Positions 18,392 through 26,362 of a DNA stretch of 64,000 nucleotides are shown one piece after another (position 1 is the stretch's first letter; each line of letters opens with the position of its first letter). The stretch is from Coriobacteriales bacterium (GTDB taxonomy: Bacteria > Actinomycetota > Coriobacteriia > Coriobacteriales > UBA8131), in assembly GCA_031288185.1 (NCBI GenBank), contig JAITRZ010000048.1:31307-95306 (forward strand), given 5' to 3'. Below the pieces are notes generated by a model. The model was not told the origin of the DNA. It searched no databases and saw only the letters and a list, made by a program, of their open reading frames with translations. Position numbers and translations under genes: made by a program.

Positions 18392-19030
18392 TCAAGTATC
18401 ACGGGTTGTCTCGCAGCAATTATCACAGGTTGCCTCACAGGCCCTAAGCGCCAAGATGGTCTGTTCTATCAGATAGTCCAGATCCCAGCCAAGCATTTTA
18501 GCGCCGCGCTCTATCACCGGCCGCGAACAGCCAGCGGCAAATCGGGCGTTTTTATACTTCTTGCGCACAGATTTAACTTCTATATCTTGTACGCTGCGCG
18601 ATGGCCGCATCAGGGCCACAGCGCCAATCAGCCCGGTTAATTCATCAACCGCATACAGCACCTTTTCCATTTCGTGCTCCGGCGCGATGTCCACCGTTAG
18701 CTGATAGCCATGTGAGGCACAGGCTCGAATTAGGCGCTCGCTCAGGCCCGCCCCTCGCATCAGTTCCTGCTGCTTGACACAATGTTCTTGGGGGTATAAC
18801 TCAAAATCCAGATCATGCAAGAGGCCAACCAAAGCCCAAAAGTCAGCTTCATCACCGTAGCCCAGCCGCTCGGCAAACCAGCGCATCGCACACTCCACCG
18901 TGTGAGCGTGGCTGATGTGAAAAGAAGCCCTGTTGTAGGTAAGAAGCAGCTCCAATGCCTGTTCCCTGCTGGGTAGGCCGTCTTCATGGGCGGCCATGCT
19001 GCTGCTATCGGTAATCACGGTTTTTTTCAC
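18392..19030 (-). CDS. HD-domain phosphohydrolase
   Basis: H...HD motif (LHDLDFELYPQEHC). The start is uncertain, with candidates at 19030 (GTG), 18997 and 19075 (ATG). Confidence 0.6.
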   Translation of the reverse strand: MKKTVITDSSSMAAHEDGLPSREQALELLLTYNRASFHISHAHTVECAMRWFAERLGYGDEADFWALVGLLHDLDFELYPQEHCVKQQELMRGAGLSERLIRACASHGYQLTVDIAPEHEMEKVLYAVDELTGLIGAVALMRPSRSVQDIEVKSVRKKYKNARFAAGCSRPVIERGAKMLGWDLDYLIEQTILALRACEATCDNCCETTRDT

Positions 19031-19052
19031 CCTCTTTTCCACCCTTCCCTTC

Positions 19053-21662
19053 CTAACATGGCTCCAATCCTTCATCTTTGTTCTGGGCAAAGAAGCGATT
19101 GGCGATGAGCACACCCTCCATGGCGTCGCGAGCATAAAAGTCAGCGCCAACCATCTGGGCATAGTCCTCATTTAAGACAGCGCCGCCTACAAAAAATGCG
19201 CAATCCAGATGGGCCTCGCGCACAGCCGTAATGGTTGCCTGCATACTCCTTACGGTGGTGGTCATCAGCGCGCTCAGGCCCACCAGACGGATGCCGTCTT
19301 TGCGCACCGCCTCTACAATGCGCGCCGCAGGTACATCCTTACCCAGGTCAATGACTTTATAGCCGTAATTTTCCAGCAACATTTTAACAATATTTTTGCC
19401 AATATCATGAATGTCACCCTCGACGGTGGCCAACAGGATAGTGCCCTTCGCCTGCAAGACTCCGTCAGAACAGGCACTTGCCTGGCTTAACACGGCAAAG
19501 CCGCTTTGCGCGCTTTGCGCCGCCTGCAGCAATTGAGGCAAGAATATCTCGCCGCTCTCATAGCGCTCCCCCACCCTGTTTAATGCCGGAATAAACGCAC
19601 GGTTGATAATCTGCAGGGGTTCGCTGTCCTTAAGCAGGTTCTCTGTCAGCTGGGCCGCCAGTTCACGCTGCCCCCGCTCAATGGCCAGGGATAGTGATTG
19701 CTCAGATGCCGTCTCTGCCTCATGGTGGCTGGCGATCTCGCCAGCCTGCTTAATGGGCTCAACGGATGGGTGGGCGAACAATGTGGCATCCGTCAGGGCT
19801 GTGGTGGCTATTGGAGCCATGTTGGTGCCTGTTGGGACTGTGGCATCCGTCAGGGCTGTGGTGGCTATTGAAGCTGTGCTGGCTACCAGGGCCACACTAG
19901 TTGCAGCCTGCGCCACGCTGCCAGCCCGCGCCTGGCGTTGTAGAAAGAGGCGGGCTCCCTTATCCTCACTGTTAAGCAGCCTGAACACCGCCAACACGTC
20001 CTGATAGCGCCAAGAAAGTGGGTTCAAAATAGCGGCGTCTAATCCCGCTCCCAGACAGGCCGCCAGAAACGTGGCATTTATCACCTCGCGCTCAGGCAGT
20101 CCGTAGGACACATTACTGATACCCAAAACCGTTTTGAGTCCAAGTTGGTCTTTAACCAGCGCCACGGCCTTTAGGGTCTCACGCACCTGTTCTTGCTGAG
20201 CGGAGGCTGTCAAAACCAGGCAGTCGATCAGCAGGTTTTCTCTGGCAATGCCGTATTCCTTGGCTGTTTCAAGGATACGTTGGGCGATGGCCAAACGACC
20301 TTCAGCACTTGATGGAATGCCGTTTTCATCCAAGGTAAGCCCTATCACTGCCGCCCCATAGCGCCTGACAATTGGAAAGATGGCGTCCATAACCTCCTGT
20401 TTGCCGTTAACGGAGTTTATCAATGGCTTACCGTTATAGATACGGGCGGCGGCCTCTATGGCTGCGGGATCGGCGCTGTCGATCTCAAGGGGCGTGGTCA
20501 CTACAGCTTGCAGCTCTCTGATGGCTGTGGGTAAAACTACGGACTCATCAATCTCAGGAATGCCAACATTAACGTCCAGTATCTGAGCGTTTGCCTCCTG
20601 TTGGCGCAACGCTTCATCCAAAAGATAGGAAAGAGTGCCCTCACGCAGGGCCTGCTGCATCCGCTTTTTGCCGGTAGGATTCAGCCGCTCGCCAATGGCT
20701 ACAATGCCTTCATCAAAAATAACACTTTTTGATCCGGAGCTGGCGGCGCACACCCGGAGAGGACGCGGCGGCCGGGGCTTAATGCCAGCCAGTCCTTCAC
20801 AAATCAATTGAATGTACGCCGGTGTAGTACCGCAGCAGCCGCCCACAATGCCTACCCCCTGATCAACAAGCTCTAGTACCTCGCGCGCGTACTGCTCAGG
20901 GCCGGTTGCATAGACAGTCTGGCCTTCGCGGATGACGGGCATACCAGCATTGGCCTGAAGTACAACGGGGAGTTGGCAATATTCCAGCATCACTTTGATA
21001 ATTGGCCTAAGAGCAGACGGACCCAAAGAACAATTTGCACCAAAGGCGGCAAGGCCCAATTCCTGTAGCGAGAGCACGGCCGTGCGCGCGTCACAACCCA
21101 CAAAGGTACGGCCATTGGCGTCAAAGGTCAGGGTGCAGATAATGGGCAGTTGGGTAGTTTCCCTGGCGGCCAAAATAGCGGCCTTGGCTTCGTAGGGGTC
21201 GGCGATGGTCTCAATGATTATCAAGTCGGCACCCGCTCGCTCACCAGCTTGCATCTGAACCTGAAAGGCCGCATAGGCCCGCTCAAAGCTCAGGCTGCCC
21301 ATAGGGGCAAGCAGCTGGCCCAAGGGGCCCACATCCAACGCCACATGGCGGGCGCCAGCCGCGCGCGCACAGCCCACTGCGGCTGCCACCACCTCATTAA
21401 CCAGGGCCTGGCTTCCCAGCTTATATTCATTTGCCTGGAAGGTATTGGTGGTAATGACGTTGGCTCCGGCCTTTAGGTAGGCAGCATGAATGGCGGTGAT
21501 GTCGTCTGGGGCGCTGAGGTTTAATAATTCCGGCAGTTCTCCAGGCTCAAGCCCACGCCGCTGAAGCATGGTGCCCATGGCACCGTCAAGCAGCAGGACG
21601 TTTTCTCTAACGAATGATCGGATGTCGAACATCGGCGGCCTTTTTGATAGATGTTTTGGCAT
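19053..21662 (-). CDS. metH: Cobalamin-dependent methionine synthase, short form (Hcy-binding, pterin-binding and B12-binding domains; no AdoMet reactivation domain)
   Basis: LLLDGAMGTMLQ, GGCCGTTP, pterin-binding barrel, and the B12 motif DIHDIGKNIV ... SALMTTT. At about 860 aa it is too short for the reactivation domain. Confidence 0.88.
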   Translation of the reverse strand: MPKHLSKRPPMFDIRSFVRENVLLLDGAMGTMLQRRGLEPGELPELLNLSAPDDITAIHAAYLKAGANVITTNTFQANEYKLGSQALVNEVVAAAVGCARAAGARHVALDVGPLGQLLAPMGSLSFERAYAAFQVQMQAGERAGADLIIIETIADPYEAKAAILAARETTQLPIICTLTFDANGRTFVGCDARTAVLSLQELGLAAFGANCSLGPSALRPIIKVMLEYCQLPVVLQANAGMPVIREGQTVYATGPEQYAREVLELVDQGVGIVGGCCGTTPAYIQLICEGLAGIKPRPPRPLRVCAASSGSKSVIFDEGIVAIGERLNPTGKKRMQQALREGTLSYLLDEALRQQEANAQILDVNVGIPEIDESVVLPTAIRELQAVVTTPLEIDSADPAAIEAAARIYNGKPLINSVNGKQEVMDAIFPIVRRYGAAVIGLTLDENGIPSSAEGRLAIAQRILETAKEYGIARENLLIDCLVLTASAQQEQVRETLKAVALVKDQLGLKTVLGISNVSYGLPEREVINATFLAACLGAGLDAAILNPLSWRYQDVLAVFRLLNSEDKGARLFLQRQARAGSVAQAATSVALVASTASIATTALTDATVPTGTNMAPIATTALTDATLFAHPSVEPIKQAGEIASHHEAETASEQSLSLAIERGQRELAAQLTENLLKDSEPLQIINRAFIPALNRVGERYESGEIFLPQLLQAAQSAQSGFAVLSQASACSDGVLQAKGTILLATVEGDIHDIGKNIVKMLLENYGYKVIDLGKDVPAARIVEAVRKDGIRLVGLSALMTTTVRSMQATITAVREAHLDCAFFVGGAVLNEDYAQMVGADFYARDAMEGVLIANRFFAQNKDEGLEPC

Positions 21663-21722
21663 AAAAGCGGCAGACCAGCGGCAGAAAACCGGGCAGAATG
21701 CGCCAAGGATAACGGAGTTTAC

Positions 21723-22169
21723 CTAAAGATTGCACATGAAAGCCAGATCGCTGTGCTGCTGCAGGGTCGCATCCAGCAGATCCTGTATGCTAACAGAGGA
21801 CAAACTATTCCTGATGCTTTGATCAAGACGATCCCAGACATTCTCTCTCAGCGCCCCCTCCAGCGCGGGGGCTCTCTCAGCAACGGTGGAATCAGCCCGT
21901 TCTAACAAGATGTTTTCCACTGCCGCCAACGCATCTAAAACGGTGATTGCGCGCGGTGAGCGAGCCAGCTTGTAGCCGCCCTTGGGCCCCTTGGTTGAAA
22001 GCAGGAGGCCAGCCTTTTTTAACTGGGCTATGGCCTGCTCCAAAAATATCTTGGAGATGCCCAGCCTGTCCGCAACATCAACAACTGAAACCGTTTCTTC
22101 GGCTCCCGACTGCGCGGCTATCTCAACTATCGCGGCCAGTGCGTAGCGTCCTTTGGCGGTAATGCGCAT
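21723..22169 (-). CDS. Rrf2-family transcriptional regulator (CymR/IscR-like)
   Basis: MRITAKGRYALAAIVEIA ... ISKIFLEQAIAQLKKAGLL. It is divergent from cysK. Confidence 0.85.
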   Translation of the reverse strand: MRITAKGRYALAAIVEIAAQSGAEETVSVVDVADRLGISKIFLEQAIAQLKKAGLLLSTKGPKGGYKLARSPRAITVLDALAAVENILLERADSTVAERAPALEGALRENVWDRLDQSIRNSLSSVSIQDLLDATLQQHSDLAFMCNL

Positions 22170-22248
22170 GGTTTGCTCCTAATCAGGTAAGACGGTGTAA
22201 CGCGTGGCCTTGATGGCAAGCGTACCTTACCTATCATAATAATCTGCC

Positions 22249-22277
22249 TTTACAAATTTGGTCAAGCGGTGTATGAT
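22249..22277 (+). promoter_or_regulatory. Candidate sigma-70-type promoter for cysK
   Basis: TTTACA (22249-22254), a 17-nt spacer, then TATGAT (22272-22277), about 55 nt upstream of the cysK ATG. Confidence 0.45.
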
Positions 22278-22330
22278 GGCATTTATTATCCTAGTTAGTT
22301 GCTATGTCTACTTATTTTGGAGGCCCTACC

Positions 22331-23263
22331 ATGACAAAAATTGCCAATAACCTTACCGAATTGATAGGTAAAACCCCTCTCCTCAACCTGCGCAAATACG
22401 CGGCAAAGCACAAGCTGAAGGCAGATGTGGTGGGTAAACTGGAATATTTCAATCCCGCCGGCAGCGTGAAGGATCGCATCGCGTTGGCAATGATCGATGA
22501 CGCTGAGCGCAGCGGTAAGTTGCAACCGGACTCGGTGATCATTGAGCCAACCAGCGGCAATACCGGTATTGGCCTAGCGGCTGTGGCGGCAGCGCGCGGC
22601 TATCGCGTCATCTTGACCATGCCGGAAACCATGAGCCTGGAACGTCGCAAACTGCTGGCCGCCTATGGTGCTGAACTGGTGCTCACCGAGGGCGCCAAGG
22701 GCATGAAGGGCGCTATCGCCAAGGCCGAAGAACTGGCCGCTGAAACACCCCGATCCTTCATTCCGGGACAATTTGTTAATCCAGCAAATCCTTTCATCCA
22801 CAAACAGACCACCGGACCGGAAATATGGGAGGACACCGGCGGCAAGATAGACATCTTTGTTTCTGGCATTGGCACCGGCGGCACCATCACCGGCGCAGGA
22901 GAATACCTAAAATCCAAAAACCCTGCGATACGTATCATAGCGGTGGAGCCTTTCGACTCGCCCGTGCTCTCTGAGGGCAGACCTGGCCCACACAAGATAC
23001 AGGGTATCGGCGCCGGATTTGTTCCCGATGTTTTGGACACCTCTATCTATGATGAGATACTAACGGTTAAAAACGAGGACGCCTTTGCCGCCGGACGCGA
23101 CATAGCAAAGGCGGAGGGACTGCTTGTGGGCATCTCTTCTGGCGCCGCTGTCTGGGCGGCGGCACAGATTGCCGCGCGGCCTGAAAATGACGGCAAGACC
23201 ATCGTTGTTATCCTGCCGGATACCGGTGAGCGCTATCTCTCTACCGCCCTGTTTGAGGTCTGA
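22331..23263 (+). CDS. cysK: Cysteine synthase A (O-acetylserine sulfhydrylase)
   Basis: PLP lysine motif [11 protein letters not shown] and the GTGGT loop. The ATG at 22331 is preceded by GGAGG. Confidence 0.92.
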   Translation: MTKIANNLTELIGKTPLLNLRKYAAKHKLKADVVGKLEYFNPAGSVKDRIALAMIDDAERSGKLQPDSVIIEPTSGNTGIGLAAVAAARGYRVILTMPETMSLERRKLLAAYGAELVLTEGAKGMKGAIAKAEELAAETPRSFIPGQFVNPANPFIHKQTTGPEIWEDTGGKIDIFVSGIGTGGTITGAGEYLKSKNPAIRIIAVEPFDSPVLSEGRPGPHKIQGIGAGFVPDVLDTSIYDEILTVKNEDAFAAGRDIAKAEGLLVGISSGAAVWAAAQIAARPENDGKTIVVILPDTGERYLSTALFEV

Positions 23264-23442
23264 TTGCTGAGGTCTTGTTTGACTATCCAAAGGCTCCTAT
23301 CTAAACGGGGGTGGGGCAAGGTAGGTACGGCTCATAGGCACATGGGCAAACAGGCGTGGGACAGGCGGACAAAAGGGGGCGAGAAGGGGGACTAGAGGGA
23401 CACGGTGATGCGCAACGTGTTCCTCTACAGCTCCCCTGTGCG

Positions 23443-23481
23443 CCTCCTGGGGCGGGCTTTAAGCCCGCCCCAGGAGGTTTT
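23443..23481. terminator. 17-bp perfect hairpin between the convergent cysK and pilin-like locus 2
   Basis: cctcctggggcgggctt / aagcccgccccaggagg, followed by tttt on the + strand. It begins 9 nt beyond the locus 2 stop on the minus strand. Confidence 0.55.
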
Positions 23482-23485
23482 GCAT

Positions 23486-25279
23486 CTATTGTTTCCAGTT
23501 AGCGTCAAGTGTACTCCAGTCTGCTCCGCTACTAAAGCTGGCGCCAAAGGTATCTTTATCGCTCGCAGGCACGTTATTGCCGTTGATGATACTTGTTGCC
23601 GTGCGGGTTTGTGCGGTGGCGATATCAAGGAAAGTGCCGGTGAAGACCGTCGCTTTATTGAGCTCAGTATCGCTCAGTTTTGGGAAGGTAAACACAGAAT
23701 TTACCTGAAAGATGAACACACCACTCATGGAACCCCGAGAAAACATCCGCTCACAAAAGTTGCTGTCTACGGTTGTTATGTTTTGGGGCAGGCTAAATAC
23801 ACTATTCATCGTAAAGGCAGTACCGTAGATATGAAACATGCCAAAGCAGAAGGTTTCTCCTGTAGACGTAATGCCCGAAGGGATAGTGAAAATTGAGTTC
23901 ATGTTAAAGGCGTCACCATCGGCATTGGAAAACATCATTGCGCAGAAACCACCTCCTACAGCACCTGTTATCTTTTGGGGCAGGTTAAAGATGCTATTCA
24001 TCGTAAAGGTGTCGCCCCACACGCCACGAAACATACCGCTGCAAAAATTTCCAGGTGCACCTGTTATCTTCTGGGGCAGGTTAAAGCTTGCACCCATGTT
24101 AAAAGCGGCTCCATTACATCCTAAAAACATATTGTTGCAAAAGTAAACTCCCACGGTATCTATGCTCTGGGGAATAGTAAAGGCATCTCCCATCGTAAAG
24201 AAGTTGCCGCCACAACCCCAAAACATCTCATTGGCGTAGTAGTTACCCGCGTTGTTTTCTGAGACATTCATACCCCTTTCAGGAAGGGGGCTTATAAGGG
24301 TGGCAACTTCAACGCTGGTGCCGGGTGTGTTCCGATACGCAAGGGCTCTAAGCCACTGATAGGTGTTTTCATCCCCTGTGACGTTTTCTTCTATCTTTAT
24401 GGTATGCTCACCGGGTGTGCCAACAGAAACAACAATGCCGGCGGTGTTATTGTTGCTCTGATAGGCGACGGGAAACCCGCTATCGACCGACACAAGCCAG
24501 TTGTATTTGCCTTCTGCACTCCCGCTACTAAATAAGCCGACTGTTGGTATGGTATGGGTGGTGCCCGCGGTCTGAACCATAAAGGAGAAAGACTCCAGAG
24601 TGGTGCCATAGGTTAGAGAGTCTTGTGAGGATTCATTTTTCAGGCGAAAACCGAGAAGTTTGTTGCTTTCATCAAAGCGTATGTCTACGATAGACCACTC
24701 AGTTGGGTCAAGATTGAGTTTGGCATATTCCTCTACAATCCCCAGCCAGGTTTCAGCAGTATAAGGAAAGAGGCTTGGTTTGTAAGGGGCAGGGGGATGG
24801 GTGAGGTTTTTGGCTGCGTCTGTGGCATTTGCTGGAGGTTTAACAAGGGCGCTGTTCCCTATAAGCCCATCAGCATATCTTTCTGTTGCCCAGGTTTGTA
24901 GCGCTTTTGCGATGGTGTCAGTGTAGGCTTGTTCTTTTATAGCTCCTGCCTTTTGTATATACCCTGTAAGCGCGGGTATGGCTATGGCGAGTAGGATGCC
25001 CAAAATGACAATGACAACTATCAGTTCTACGAGAGTAAAACCTTTAGGGTTAGTTTGTCTATGTATTTGTGGTGGGTCTTGTGCAGCGCCTCGCACAGGG
25101 GGCATCCGGTGAGTTCCACGGGCCGAGGAGCCCTGTTGATGGATCGAAGGGAATTTGCACGCAACGTTATCGAGGCAACGAGGACGAGGACTGTTTGAGC
25201 TGGCGTTCCCTGTGCGAGGTGCCCACGCGGCGACAGTCCCAGCGAGGTCGTTCTTTCCAAGAGATGAATCCGCATACAA
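23486..25279 (-). CDS. Pilin-like (class III signal) surface protein with a C-terminal array of roughly 26-residue repeats, locus 2
   Basis: NPKG|FTLVELIVVIVILGILLAIAIPALTGYI. About eight repeats of the form FCxxMFxGxxGxAFxMxSxFxLPQxITG span roughly 23644-24247. The open frame has no good start of its own at 25279. It joins the RBS-ATG at 25403 only if the G tract is 11, not 12. Confidence 0.75.
   Translation of the reverse strand: MYADSSLGKNDLAGTVAAWAPRTGNASSNSPRPRCLDNVACKFPSIHQQGSSARGTHRMPPVRGAAQDPPQIHRQTNPKGFTLVELIVVIVILGILLAIAIPALTGYIQKAGAIKEQAYTDTIAKALQTWATERYADGLIGNSALVKPPANATDAAKNLTHPPAPYKPSLFPYTAETWLGIVEEYAKLNLDPTEWSIVDIRFDESNKLLGFRLKNESSQDSLTYGTTLESFSFMVQTAGTTHTIPTVGLFSSGSAEGKYNWLVSVDSGFPVAYQSNNNTAGIVVSVGTPGEHTIKIEENVTGDENTYQWLRALAYRNTPGTSVEVATLISPLPERGMNVSENNAGNYYANEMFWGCGGNFFTMGDAFTIPQSIDTVGVYFCNNMFLGCNGAAFNMGASFNLPQKITGAPGNFCSGMFRGVWGDTFTMNSIFNLPQKITGAVGGGFCAMMFSNADGDAFNMNSIFTIPSGITSTGETFCFGMFHIYGTAFTMNSVFSLPQNITTVDSNFCERMFSRGSMSGVFIFQVNSVFTFPKLSDTELNKATVFTGTFLDIATAQTRTATSIINGNNVPASDKDTFGASFSSGADWSTLDANWKQ
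25089..25219. repeat. Perfect 12-bp inverted repeat, CCTCGCACAGGG (25089-25100) / CCCTGTGCGAGG (25208-25219), locus 2
   Basis: Read directly from the sequence. The arms are 107 bp apart. Confidence 0.9.
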
Positions 25280-25374
25280 AAAACCGCCTGGCGCACGGGC
25301 CTGGGCGGCATCTTTGGCGCGTACATTTGCGCCCTCATAGGTGCTGGTGGACTGAAGGAGAGCTAAGCTATGAG

Positions 25375-25386
25375 CCCCCCCCCCCC
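25375..25386 (-). repeat. Homopolymer tract, 12 C on plus strand (G12 coding strand), locus 2
   Basis: Counted directly: six c at 25375-25380 plus six c at 25381-25386. Confidence 0.95.
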
Positions 25387-25647
25387 GGCGAAATTTGTGA
25401 CATGTTTTACTCCTTTCAGATAGCCTGTCTTACCTGTCTTTTGTGATAGCACGTAGTATAGCACGCCGCAGGGAAGGGTGCATGCGGGACATTTTGTTTT
25501 AGCTTGGAGTATGTCACCTTGTAAATGGGGTACAGAAGAACCCATATTGCAGCACAAAAGAACCGACAGGCTGTGTCGCTGGTCGCTGCCGCGTCACCGT
25601 ACATGCTGTCTTTGCCTAGCGGCATAGGTGGGCGCTATAATGCGAGT

Positions 25648-25863
25648 ATGAATACAAATCAGATCATAGCCATGTGGGCAAGCAACATCATACTTGACTA
25701 TGCGGCGGACAAGGCGGTTCAGGTAGATGAACTGCCACAGCTTGTGGAGAAGCACAAACTCGCGGCTTTTTTGATTGATAACTACGAGTTGTTCCATCTG
25801 TACCCCGATGCAGCAGTGTTCGATGAAATCGATAAGGAAATTGCGAGAGCGGCCGATGGCTGA
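25648..25863 (+). CDS. DUF3791-like small helical protein
   Basis: MNTNQIIAMWASNIILDYAADK... It sits directly upstream of, and overlaps, a DUF3990-like gene, which is a commonly seen pairing (recalled). Confidence 0.6.
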   Translation: MNTNQIIAMWASNIILDYAADKAVQVDELPQLVEKHKLAAFLIDNYELFHLYPDAAVFDEIDKEIARAADG

Positions 25864-26362
25864 ACTGCTTTATCACGGTTCTACGGTTCTGGTAGAGCAT
25901 GCCAACTTATCATTGGCGAATCCTAAACGTGATTTTGGCGTGGGTTTTTATACCACCTCATCTTATGAGCAGGCAGTCCGTTTTAGTAAGATTGTGGCCA
26001 GAAGGTTAGGAAGTGCCCAGGGCGTGGTCAACAGGTATTCCTTTAGGGCGGTCAACGATCTCGTCGTCCTTCGGTTTGAGCGCGCAGATCAGGAGTGGTT
26101 AGACTTTGTACTTTCAAACCGTAGGCATACCGCCGGATCCAAAAACCCTCCAAATGGGGATCTGATTATCGGCCCAGTCGCAAATGACCAGGTGGGGCGC
26201 ACTTTGAATCTCTTGGCAACCGGCGCATACGGTGACCCAAATTCAAACAGGGCAAAAAGTTTCGCCTTGTCCCTACTGATGCCGGAGAATCTGACCGATC
26301 AGTGGGTATTCAAGACTGAAAAGGCCGTACAATGTCTCGAATTTTTGGGAGCTGATGAATAG
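25856..26362 (+). CDS. DUF3990-like protein with a PARP-like H-Y-type ADP-ribosyltransferase signature
   Basis: MAELLYHGS ... DFGVGFYTTSSYEQAVRFS parallels the PARP WHGS ... FGKGIYFAD block. The start overlaps the upstream stop. Confidence 0.65.
   Translation: MAELLYHGSTVLVEHANLSLANPKRDFGVGFYTTSSYEQAVRFSKIVARRLGSAQGVVNRYSFRAVNDLVVLRFERADQEWLDFVLSNRRHTAGSKNPPNGDLIIGPVANDQVGRTLNLLATGAYGDPNSNRAKSFALSLLMPENLTDQWVFKTEKAVQCLEFLGADE

Noticed and set aside
18226-18438. Upstream extension of the larE-like ORF to the GTG at 18438.
   Set aside because: It is not firmly rejected, only down-weighted. The segment is a 45-bp tandem repeat, overlaps the HD gene by 47 nt and has no RBS. The ATG at 18225 already gives a longer N-terminus than characterised LarE.
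23430-23446. cccctgtgcgcctcc just downstream of locus 2, considered as a further copy of the CCCTGTGCGAGG arm.
   Set aside because: Only 9 of 12 positions match, and it forms part of the 17-bp terminator hairpin. It is probably coincidental.
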